Positions 56,778-64,000 of a stretch of DNA of 64,000 nt are shown piece after piece. Position numbers and translations under genes: made by a program. The DNA lies in assembly GCA_902774275.1 (NCBI GenBank), contig CACYHN010000010.1, forward strand, positions 7,074 to 71,073. Reading direction: 5' to 3'. The DNA comes from an uncultured Bacteroidales bacterium. Lineage in GTDB: Bacteria > Bacteroidota > Bacteroidia > Bacteroidales > Bacteroidaceae. Every line of letters begins with the position of its first letter. The stretch's first letter is position 1. The notes under the pieces were generated by a model, which worked only from the letters and a program-made list of their open reading frames with translations, did no database searches and was not told where the DNA came from.

Positions 56778-56808
56778 TGACCCAAAAGGGACTGTCCCTT
56801 TTGGGTCA
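56778..56808 (-). terminator. Palindrome TGACCCAAAAGGGA-ctg-TCCCTTTTGGGTCA with the giant paralog 3 stop codon inside the stem
   Basis: 14-bp perfect stem with a 3-nt loop. The tca at 56806-56808 is the TGA stop. The downstream T-tract is only TTTG. Confidence 0.55.
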
Positions 56809-59800
56809 CCAGTTCTGGTTTAGGGTGTAGGGTATGCCTGATGCAGTGATGCCGGCGGTGTTGATGGTGAAGCGGCGGGTGAAGCTGTTGTTGTAGAACT
56901 CCACGCGGGCATGGCCATCTTCATCAGTAATCACGTTGGGATTCCAATAGAGGGTGCGGCGCGAATCCACATTGCCTTCTATGGGGCCTTCGGGGTACTC
57001 AGGAGCATAGAACTGTACGGTTTTGGTAAAGCCTTTGACAGTAGTGGTGCGGCGGCCCAGGTTGCGGATTTCCCAGTCATGAAGCCGTTGCCAGTCTTCC
57101 TTGACCTGTACGTCAACCAGAGTATATCTATCCCATGTGGTCTGTACCCACCAGAACCAACCGGTATGAATATGTTTATTACGATAGTCAACCTCAACAG
57201 GAATCAGTTCTGCAAACTCTCTGGGATACATTGGTTTGTCATATATTATTATGCTCTTGACGTCAATCATATCAATAGACGGAGAGTCACCTAAATAATC
57301 CTCCATGGTATGGGCCGATAAATATGCTCTTATATCGTTGGCTGCACCCGATGAATTGTCTATACCTTTTCCTTTTCTTCCTCCTTTTTCATCGCCTTCT
57401 TCAGTGCCTTCACCTTCTGTTCCATTATCGTCCGATCCCCATCTGCTATTGCCCATTTCATATGCTCCTACCTCTGCCTCAAAATCCGTAGGATCGTAAT
57501 AATCCGTCGGGTTAAGTATTCTGATACCTCGTTCCAATAAGTAACCATAGACATCAGTCGTGTATTCTCCCTGATCCAGTTCCAACTCTGCATCCTCCTC
57601 AACCTCAAATGAGGTAAAGGTGTCATAATCAATGAAGCGTAGTTTTCCGGCCTCCTCTTCTATATCAACGTCATCAATCATTCTACCCAGTTTACGGCGC
57701 TGAGCAGGGGTAAGGTCATAATCCGTATAGTCAACCTTATAGTCTTCTACCCGATTAGTGTTATGCCTCAGATCCATCTCCTGCTTAAGGAATGGCCTGG
57801 GTTCAGGTCTGTCAGCGCGCTCAAAACGGATGCGCTTAGCTGTCTCATACTTGGATTCTCCGTTCCTTTTTGTTGACATCACATGGATGGTAAAATCACC
57901 TTTTCCATAAAAGTCAGAGAGGTTAAACCCAAAATAACCGGTAGAATCAGTCTGGTATTCAAAACCTTCAAACAGAGTCTTGTCATCATCAGGCATCACT
58001 GACGCATATACACTTATATCCGATACCGGTTTCCGTCTTCCGTATGAAAGTATCCATCCGTTTACGGTAAGACTCTCCTCTATGCGGTGCTTCTCCTCAA
58101 ACTCTTTCTGTCCTGTCATAGTCTGCCATTCATAACGCTCCCAACCCTGAACAAGAGTCAACAGGTTAAGTGCCTCCCGATGCTCCTTATCATTTGATTC
58201 CAGATACCATGCAGGATCATGAATGTATCCCCTCAGGTCTGACGACAGCAGCAGGTTAGTCTGCAGGTTATCAGTCTGGCCGCCGCCGTAGTCTGTGGCA
58301 TCACGTACCGACAGGCAGAAACGGTCACGCAGCGGATTGCCATCCTGGTCAGTAAGGTTGAACTCTATCACCTCCTTATCACATGACTGATGTGACATAC
58401 TGTCCGTATTTGCTGTGATGGTGGGACTTTGGTACATGTCATTGCCATGGAATATGCTGCGTGATGACAGTATGTTTCCATCCTTATTGTAAAGAGTTAT
58501 ACGGCACACGCCTACCGGCCAAGCGGAACAGTCTATGTTCAACTGACTGCTTTCTATATCCTTTATCTCCTCAAAATATATCACCTCACCACGACAGGTT
58601 ACAGCAAGAGCGGTCTGCTCACCCAAACGGTCCTGAGTGCGCCAGATATTAACCTGTAGCAGTGAGTCAGAGAGCATATCGGATATCATGGAGTATCCAC
58701 TGGTTTTTGCTTCAGGCAGGCGGACTTTGCGTTTTTCATCACTGCCATAAGGATAGAATTCCGTTTCCTCATAACCTCTGGGATCGATTATGAAAGTTCC
58801 CATTCCGTCATGAACAGTACGCACAGAGTCCCATTGGTTCAGAATCTTGAGAGCTCCCTTTAAGCCGAATCCGTCACTGCCTGTGGCCTTGAATGCCACC
58901 CTGCAGGGTAGGCCCCTAACCAAATCACCGCCCTCTGGATAGAACGTTACATTTATGTTCCTGTATTTCTCTTTAGGCTCGCCGCGAAGGTCTTCTACAA
59001 GAGGGTTATCCTGAACACGCACTACATGTGAGCGGTCATATTCTCCCACATACTTGGGTAGGGTATAGACGGGTATTACTCGTGAGAATATGGCCTCTGG
59101 GCTGAAGTCCAGCATGTTCTGGGTATAAGCACGTATCTCATAGAATCCGCTGGGATAGGCCAGGATACCTTGTTTCTCACGTGTCTGCTGTGTGCCGGCA
59201 TTAAGCAGCGGAATGATGCCATCAGCCTGTCCTGACACTATCTTAAGTTTCTGCTGCAGCAGCAGTTTGCCGGTTGGTGACAGGAAATCCACATACAGTA
59301 CACCGCTGGGTGCCTGCTCCAATGTGGAGGCGTTTGTCACAAAGGCTTTGTACCAGATGTTCTCTCCCTGGAAGTAGGCCGTGTTGTCAAACTCCAGATA
59401 TACCTTCTCCTGCGGGAATATGCGGTTGAACTGGTGGATGTTATCAGCAAACTTTATCAGCTCACTGGCATAATCTACAGGGTCCGCCACATTGATTTTA
59501 CTTGAGTCAACAGGGGGAAGATAATCACCAGGCAGGCTGGCTCCGATTCTTTTTTTAGAGATATCGCCTGTAAACTGTACGTTATTGTCAATGGCCACGC
59601 CTTCTTTAAGGAATATGCAGCTGTCTTCAAGGAAAGTAATTCCAGACTCCGAATAAATGTGAATGCCATCTCCCTTTGCTTTAAAGTTCATGGGAGAGCC
59701 GTCACTCCGGTGATAGTACCTTATTTTGAGTTCCTTATCCTTCAGACCGGAAATCTGCATAAACTTATCCGTTTTTTTAGAGTATTCGTTGATGTCAACC

Positions 59801-60687
59801 GGCACTTGTATTTTTACTCTTTTCTTTCCAATTGTTTCAGGTACGGTCAGAATGTAACCGTTCTCTGCCAGACTGTTCTGGGCAAGAGACCTGAGGAAAT
59901 GCTGGCTTGAACCGTAATAGGCTTTCTTTCGGTTCTCTTCAATGCGCTCCGTCTGCCGTTTCTTAAGCTTCTCATAAGGCTTGTAGTAAAAGTAGCCAAG
60001 TATGTTACATGTAGTTACGCTATTTATATGTAGAACAGTGAATTTTACCAAATCCACATAGAGTTCATATCCCAGCAGAGGCAAATCAATTATCAGGGGT
60101 TCATGCGCCCATGCAGTGAATACCTTTGTAATCACTTTCACAGTATCTACTTCTTCAACATGTCTTACCACTTTTTCATTTGATGCGTAGGGGGTTGCAA
60201 ATGATGTACGGCTTATCTTTCTGGTGTAATATGTGGTTTGAGATGAGTTGTCAAACATAAGTACGTTCTCATTTTCTATCTCTGCGCGCAAGCCCCATCG
60301 GTCATCGCCCAGGAACATGGTCTTGAAATATTCCAGATTAACTTTGTCAAGTTTATCCTTCTTACCTGACACCACAACTTCAGGCAATGCATCGTTAGTA
60401 CGGAGTCCTATTGTCAACCTGCCGGGATTACGGTCCAGATCCATTGCCTTGGGCTTATAACCCACAAAACTGAATACAATAGTAGCCGGGAATGATACTC
60501 CTTTCAGTTCAAAACGGCCGTCATTATCTGTAGTGGTACCCTGGGTTGTGCCGTTAATATAAACCGTAGCAGATGGCAACGGCTCCTGCGTGAGGCTGTC
60601 AAGAACAACGCCTGTAACGGTACTCTGCCCTAGCAAAAATGCGGGCATAAGGGATAAGAAAGCAAACAAAAGGACACTTCTCATCAT
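56806..60687 (-). CDS. Giant secreted paralog 3 (1293 aa): CarboxypepD_reg + unknown region + MG2-like region
   Basis: I prefer the ATG at 60687 (MMRSVLLFAFLSLMPAFLLGQ). The 47 upstream codons in the track ORF translate the rho terminator hairpin and module C. It is collinear with paralog 2 and highly similar except for a C-terminal cassette. Confidence 0.6.
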   Translation of the reverse strand: MMRSVLLFAFLSLMPAFLLGQSTVTGVVLDSLTQEPLPSATVYINGTTQGTTTDNDGRFELKGVSFPATIVFSFVGYKPKAMDLDRNPGRLTIGLRTNDALPEVVVSGKKDKLDKVNLEYFKTMFLGDDRWGLRAEIENENVLMFDNSSQTTYYTRKISRTSFATPYASNEKVVRHVEEVDTVKVITKVFTAWAHEPLIIDLPLLGYELYVDLVKFTVLHINSVTTCNILGYFYYKPYEKLKKRQTERIEENRKKAYYGSSQHFLRSLAQNSLAENGYILTVPETIGKKRVKIQVPVDINEYSKKTDKFMQISGLKDKELKIRYYHRSDGSPMNFKAKGDGIHIYSESGITFLEDSCIFLKEGVAIDNNVQFTGDISKKRIGASLPGDYLPPVDSSKINVADPVDYASELIKFADNIHQFNRIFPQEKVYLEFDNTAYFQGENIWYKAFVTNASTLEQAPSGVLYVDFLSPTGKLLLQQKLKIVSGQADGIIPLLNAGTQQTREKQGILAYPSGFYEIRAYTQNMLDFSPEAIFSRVIPVYTLPKYVGEYDRSHVVRVQDNPLVEDLRGEPKEKYRNINVTFYPEGGDLVRGLPCRVAFKATGSDGFGLKGALKILNQWDSVRTVHDGMGTFIIDPRGYEETEFYPYGSDEKRKVRLPEAKTSGYSMISDMLSDSLLQVNIWRTQDRLGEQTALAVTCRGEVIYFEEIKDIESSQLNIDCSAWPVGVCRITLYNKDGNILSSRSIFHGNDMYQSPTITANTDSMSHQSCDKEVIEFNLTDQDGNPLRDRFCLSVRDATDYGGGQTDNLQTNLLLSSDLRGYIHDPAWYLESNDKEHREALNLLTLVQGWERYEWQTMTGQKEFEEKHRIEESLTVNGWILSYGRRKPVSDISVYASVMPDDDKTLFEGFEYQTDSTGYFGFNLSDFYGKGDFTIHVMSTKRNGESKYETAKRIRFERADRPEPRPFLKQEMDLRHNTNRVEDYKVDYTDYDLTPAQRRKLGRMIDDVDIEEEAGKLRFIDYDTFTSFEVEEDAELELDQGEYTTDVYGYLLERGIRILNPTDYYDPTDFEAEVGAYEMGNSRWGSDDNGTEGEGTEEGDEKGGRKGKGIDNSSGAANDIRAYLSAHTMEDYLGDSPSIDMIDVKSIIIYDKPMYPREFAELIPVEVDYRNKHIHTGWFWWVQTTWDRYTLVDVQVKEDWQRLHDWEIRNLGRRTTTVKGFTKTVQFYAPEYPEGPIEGNVDSRRTLYWNPNVITDEDGHARVEFYNNSFTRRFTINTAGITASGIPYTLNQNW

Positions 60688-60702
60688 AAGTAGGGTTGTT
60701 GG

Positions 60703-60756
60703 TCTATATATAGGTTGCAGGAACTTGCCGAAAGTAAATCCGAAAATACAAAAAAA
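60703..60756 (-). promoter_or_regulatory. 54-nt conserved intergenic module, copy C (upstream of giant paralog 3)
   Basis: See copies A and B. It ends 15 nt before the ATG at 60687, and its T-run doubles as the U-tract of the rho terminator. Confidence 0.6.
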
Positions 60757-60827
60757 TGACCCAAAAGGGACAGTCCCCCTGTGCCTTTTTTTCAAAATGG
60801 CACAGGGGGACTGTCCCTTTTGGGTCA
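60757..60827 (-). terminator. Very strong intrinsic terminator after rho: 29-bp perfect inverted repeat, 13-nt loop, T7 tract
   Basis: The arms are tgacccaaaagggacagtccccctgtgcc (60757-60785) and ggcacagggggactgtcccttttgggtca (60799-60827). It starts 8 nt after the rho stop and is followed on the minus strand by TTTTTTT. Confidence 0.85.
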
Positions 60828-60835
60828 CTTTTGTA

Positions 60836-62869
60836 TCACGAATTCATACTGGCCAGGAACTCAGCGTTATCCTGAGTTGTTTCCAGGCGGGACTTGACAA
60901 ACTCCATAGCCTCGATGGGGTTCATGTCGCTAAGATACTTGCGCAGAATCCACATGCGGTCCAGAGTGGTCTGGTCAAGCAGCAGGTCGTCGCGACGGGT
61001 ACTTGATGCCACAATGTTCACGGCGGGGAATATACGCTTGTTGCTCAGGTTGCGGTCCAGCTGGAGCTCCATGTTACCAGTACCCTTGAACTCCTCAAAG
61101 ATAACCTCATCCATCTTGGAGCCGGTATCGATAAGGGCGGTAGCCACGATTGTGAGTGAGCCTCCGTTCTCAATGTTACGTGCGGCACCAAAGAAACGCT
61201 TGGGCTTATGCAGTGCATTGGCATCAACACCACCGGAGAGAACCTTGCCTGATGCAGGGGCTACGGTGTTATAGGCGCGTGCCAGACGTGTGATAGAATC
61301 AAGGAATATCACTACATCATGACCACACTCAACCATGCGCTTAGCCTTCTCGATAACGATGCTGGCAATCTTTACGTGATGCTCGGCGGGCTCATCAAAG
61401 GTTGATGCAATGACCTCAGCCTTTACGCTGCGGGCCATATCGGTAACCTCCTCAGGACGCTCATCAATGAGCAGCATTATCATGTATGCCTCAGGATGAT
61501 TAGCGGCTATTGAGTTTGCTATATCCTTGAGCAGTATGGTCTTACCGGTCTTGGGCTGGGCTACTATCAGGGCACGCTGTCCCTTGCCGATAGGTGCGAA
61601 CATATCTACCACGCGGGCCGACAGGTTGTCATTCTTACCGTTGCACAGAGTGAACTTCTCATCAGGGAAGAGTGGGGTGAGGTGCTCAAACGGAACGCGG
61701 TCACGTGCTACAGAGGGCTCCAGACCGTTTATGCGGAACACCTTTACCAGCGGGAAGTATTTCTCACCCTCACGTGGCGGACGGATGACACCTTCCACAA
61801 CATCGCCGGTCTTAAGGCCAAAGAGCTTGATCTGTGACTGTGAAACGTATATGTCATCAGGTGATGCCAGATAGTTATAGTCTGATGAACGCAGGAATCC
61901 GTAGTTATCAGGCATGATCTCCAGCACGCCTTCACCACGCAGGGAGTCACCAAAGTCATACATGCGTTCCTCCTGACGGCGGTTTTGCTGATTGTTCTGG
62001 TTCTGCTGGTTGTTCTGGCCGTACTGCTGCTGTCGCGGCATGTTGGGCTGCTGCATGGGCTGCTCTACGGGAGCGTTCTGCTCACGGTTTTGCTGGAACT
62101 TGTGATTATTGTCCCTGCGCTCCTGTGGGTTCTCCTCCTGCTGCTCACGCTGGGGCAGGGGCTCCGGCTGCTGCATGCGTACGGGCTCCTGTTCCTGATC
62201 CTCAAAGGCATCAGTTGATGCAGTGATGTTCTCCTCATCAATCTCAGGGAGCGGAACCTCTACGGCTTGTCCTTTACGTGGACGGCCGCGACGCTTGCCG
62301 GCTTTCTGAGCATCCTGCTGCGGCTGCTCGGCGGGTTGTGCGGCTACTGCCGGCTCTTCCTGTACGGGCTGTTCTGCCGGTTTGCTCTCCTGGACGGGAG
62401 CATCCTGCTCATTGCTCTTGTCCGCCTCCTTGGGTTCACGGCGTGTGCGGCCGGGTTTTTTCTTGCGTGCGGGCTCCTGAGCGGCTTGCTCTGCCTGTAC
62501 CGGCTGGCTTTCGGCTGGCTTCTCTACAGCTGGCGTATCCTGCTTGGGAGCGTTGCTTTCCTGCTTTACAGGCTCGGGCTGCTGATTCTGACGCTCAGCT
62601 TTCTCTCTCTTCTTCTCTGCAGGATTATGCTTGCCTTTCTCTCCGTTTGCGGTATAAACCTTCTCGGGATTATCCTTGCGTGCAATCCTGTTCTTGGGCT
62701 TACGCTCTCTCTCTGATGTGTTCTTTGAGGCCGATATTGCCTGCTCATCAAGAATGTCATAAACAAGAGTGTTCTTGTCAGTTGATTTGGCTGACTTAAG
62801 GCCCATCTCGGCAGCAAGTGCCTGAAGTTCTTCAAGACTCTTGCTCTTTAATTGAAGTATATCGTACAT
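60836..62869 (-). CDS. rho: Transcription termination factor Rho with a ~300-aa low-complexity (Q/P/E/N-rich) insertion after the Rho_N domain
   Basis: I prefer the ATG at 62869 ([24 protein letters not shown], the Rho_N domain). Then comes the disordered region, the CSD-like RNA-binding part ([15 protein letters not shown]), Walker A AQPKTGKT, and RecA-type core motifs ([23 protein letters not shown]). Confidence 0.92.
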   Translation of the reverse strand: MYDILQLKSKSLEELQALAAEMGLKSAKSTDKNTLVYDILDEQAISASKNTSERERKPKNRIARKDNPEKVYTANGEKGKHNPAEKKREKAERQNQQPEPVKQESNAPKQDTPAVEKPAESQPVQAEQAAQEPARKKKPGRTRREPKEADKSNEQDAPVQESKPAEQPVQEEPAVAAQPAEQPQQDAQKAGKRRGRPRKGQAVEVPLPEIDEENITASTDAFEDQEQEPVRMQQPEPLPQREQQEENPQERRDNNHKFQQNREQNAPVEQPMQQPNMPRQQQYGQNNQQNQNNQQNRRQEERMYDFGDSLRGEGVLEIMPDNYGFLRSSDYNYLASPDDIYVSQSQIKLFGLKTGDVVEGVIRPPREGEKYFPLVKVFRINGLEPSVARDRVPFEHLTPLFPDEKFTLCNGKNDNLSARVVDMFAPIGKGQRALIVAQPKTGKTILLKDIANSIAANHPEAYMIMLLIDERPEEVTDMARSVKAEVIASTFDEPAEHHVKIASIVIEKAKRMVECGHDVVIFLDSITRLARAYNTVAPASGKVLSGGVDANALHKPKRFFGAARNIENGGSLTIVATALIDTGSKMDEVIFEEFKGTGNMELQLDRNLSNKRIFPAVNIVASSTRRDDLLLDQTTLDRMWILRKYLSDMNPIEAMEFVKSRLETTQDNAEFLASMNS

Positions 62870-63005
62870 TGTTTTATTGGACCTTAGTAATATCTGGAGC
62901 ACACTCTATGTGCATTGACATTACGTAAGGTATGGGTTATGAAAATTCAGATTGATTGCCGCTACCGGAGTTCCTTGAATTGGACTGTATTGCGGCTTAC
63001 GGGTG

Positions 63006-63013
63006 CAAATGTA
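63006..63013 (-). promoter_or_regulatory. Candidate -7 promoter box (TACATTTG) for rho, implying a ~135-nt leader
   Basis: The minus-strand sequence tacatttg matches TAnnTTTG. No other match lies in the 62870-63051 intergenic region. Confidence 0.35.
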
Positions 63014-63051
63014 CAAATAATTTCAATACAAAGTACACAGTAGGGCGGAAA

Positions 63052-63993
63052 TCATTTATCAGAGGTTCCAGACTTGAATTCAAAGCGCATCAGGACCGGA
63101 TTGCCTTCAGGAGATATCTTGGAGAGTATCTCCTTATCAACCTTTTCTCCGTTAGCCATTATAAAGCCCGATGCCGATGAGTATGTTATCAACGCCTTGT
63201 CACACAGGTAATAGCCGTATCCGGGGAACGGGGTGGAGCATAACCCCTGCTCCTGCAGGCAGTAGTTGTAGCACTTGTTGGCATTGAGGTCATCTATGAT
63301 TATGAAATCCTTTATGCCGTATCCATCCAGATACATGCTATAGGTAACAACAAGTTTGTTGCCGACCATTGCGGCCGAGTTGAACTTTCTTACATATTCA
63401 GTATTCATGACCAGTTCATTAAAGGCCACAATATCCTCCATCTCGCTCTGCGGGTAGCGCTCGTTATTGGTGAAATCAAATTCAGCTATCTGTTTTGAGC
63501 TGTTTCCGTCATACTCAAATATGCGGTAATCAAAAGGTTTGAAATAGAGTATGGAACTGCCTTGTCTGTTCAGGAACCTGCCTCCCATGATAAAGCTGGT
63601 GTTCTCTCTGAAATCATCCCATGAATCCAGAATCTCTCCATTTTGGGATATCTTGACATAGTTCTTGAAACTGTTGTTGCAGCTATTTGAAAACAGCAGA
63701 ATATAACTATCCTCAACTGCCATATCAAAATACGGTTCATTAAGGTCTATCTCCCTGAGGAACTCTCCGTCAAAAGAGTAGGTGCGTATTTTCTTTTCAA
63801 AACTGGAAAGAGTATAAACCTCATTTCCAAGCACATCAATGCTTCTTATGTCATTATACTCGCCGTGTCCGCGTCCTTGGCGTGCTATCTTGGAGAGATA
63901 CTTGCCATCCTTGTCAAAACGGAATATCACATTACGTGAATCAAGAATGAAATAGGTGTCGTTATAGATTTTTATGCTCTTTATGTCACCCAT
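63052..63993 (-). CDS. 6-bladed beta-propeller protein (BF3164/DUF5128-like), probably 5'-truncated by the window edge
   Basis: Repeated blade pattern with ...FDKDGKYLSKIARQGRGHGEYNDIRSIDV... (G.G.GEY motif). The reading frame stays open upstream of the first ATG to position 64000. Confidence 0.5.
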   Translation of the reverse strand: MGDIKSIKIYNDTYFILDSRNVIFRFDKDGKYLSKIARQGRGHGEYNDIRSIDVLGNEVYTLSSFEKKIRTYSFDGEFLREIDLNEPYFDMAVEDSYILLFSNSCNNSFKNYVKISQNGEILDSWDDFRENTSFIMGGRFLNRQGSSILYFKPFDYRIFEYDGNSSKQIAEFDFTNNERYPQSEMEDIVAFNELVMNTEYVRKFNSAAMVGNKLVVTYSMYLDGYGIKDFIIIDDLNANKCYNYCLQEQGLCSTPFPGYGYYLCDKALITYSSASGFIMANGEKVDKEILSKISPEGNPVLMRFEFKSGTSDK

Positions 63994-64000
63994 CAGAATG

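Noticed and set aside
49120-60687. Giant paralogs as bona fide alpha-2-macroglobulin protease inhibitors
   Set aside because: Only an MG2-like N-terminal motif and MG-like C-terminal pattern were seen. I found no thioester CxEQ motif, no bait-region signature and no adjacent PBP1c. The label is kept at 'MG2-like'.
60688-60828. N-terminal 47 codons of the track ORF for giant paralog 3 (MTQKGQSPCAILKKRHRGTVPFGS...)
   Set aside because: They translate the rho terminator hairpin and the 54-nt module. Paralog 2 shows the true start is MMR[RS]VLLFAF with a signal peptide.

Overview
This 64-kb chromosomal window looks like a Bacteroidales (Bacteroidota) genome. The signs are a fused lpxC-fabZ, TAnnTTTG -7 promoter boxes, CarboxypepD_reg/Plug proteins, Rho with a long low-complexity insert, and many ATGA/TAATG-coupled gene junctions. 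I call about 45 protein genes and one tRNA-Cys(GCA). I recognised no rRNA, CRISPR array, transposase or integrase. Housekeeping blocks are DPP4, tsaC-miaA, lpxA/lpxC-fabZ/lpxD, pyrF, prfA, phoH-purC-aroE-TPM-lemA-purM, ubiE-menA, clpB, dnaN-exo-coaBC-recN-rlmB and rho. Two accessory regions stand out. (1) At 13.6-29.0 kb on the + strand is a tightly packed seven-gene operon. It combines a complete tripartite RND set (TolC-like OMF, lipoprotein MFP, two RND permeases) with two paralogous ABC ATPase domains and two ABC-2-like membrane modules. The second RND permease is a single 1565-aa ORF that continues into extra TM helices and a full ABC nucleotide-binding domain. I do not know of a described RND-ABC covalent chimera. 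(2) At 47.1-60.8 kb on the - strand, an ECF sigma / putative anti-sigma pair sits with three giant paralogous secreted proteins (895/1304/1293 aa), a barrel-less CarboxypepD_reg+Plug protein and a DUF1566/FISUMP-like lipoprotein. A 54-nt conserved module and a shared palindromic terminator family punctuate this cluster. Smaller oddities are an in-frame CoaBC-DUF4835 fusion, a ClpB without its N-domain, a membrane-anchored AroE with PEPEP repeats, a DUF3127 protein with an SSB-like DDLPF tail, dispersed (TTGAAAA)n heptamer arrays, and an inverted copy of the tRNA-Cys 3' end. All functional calls come from motif recognition by eye; no database search was possible.
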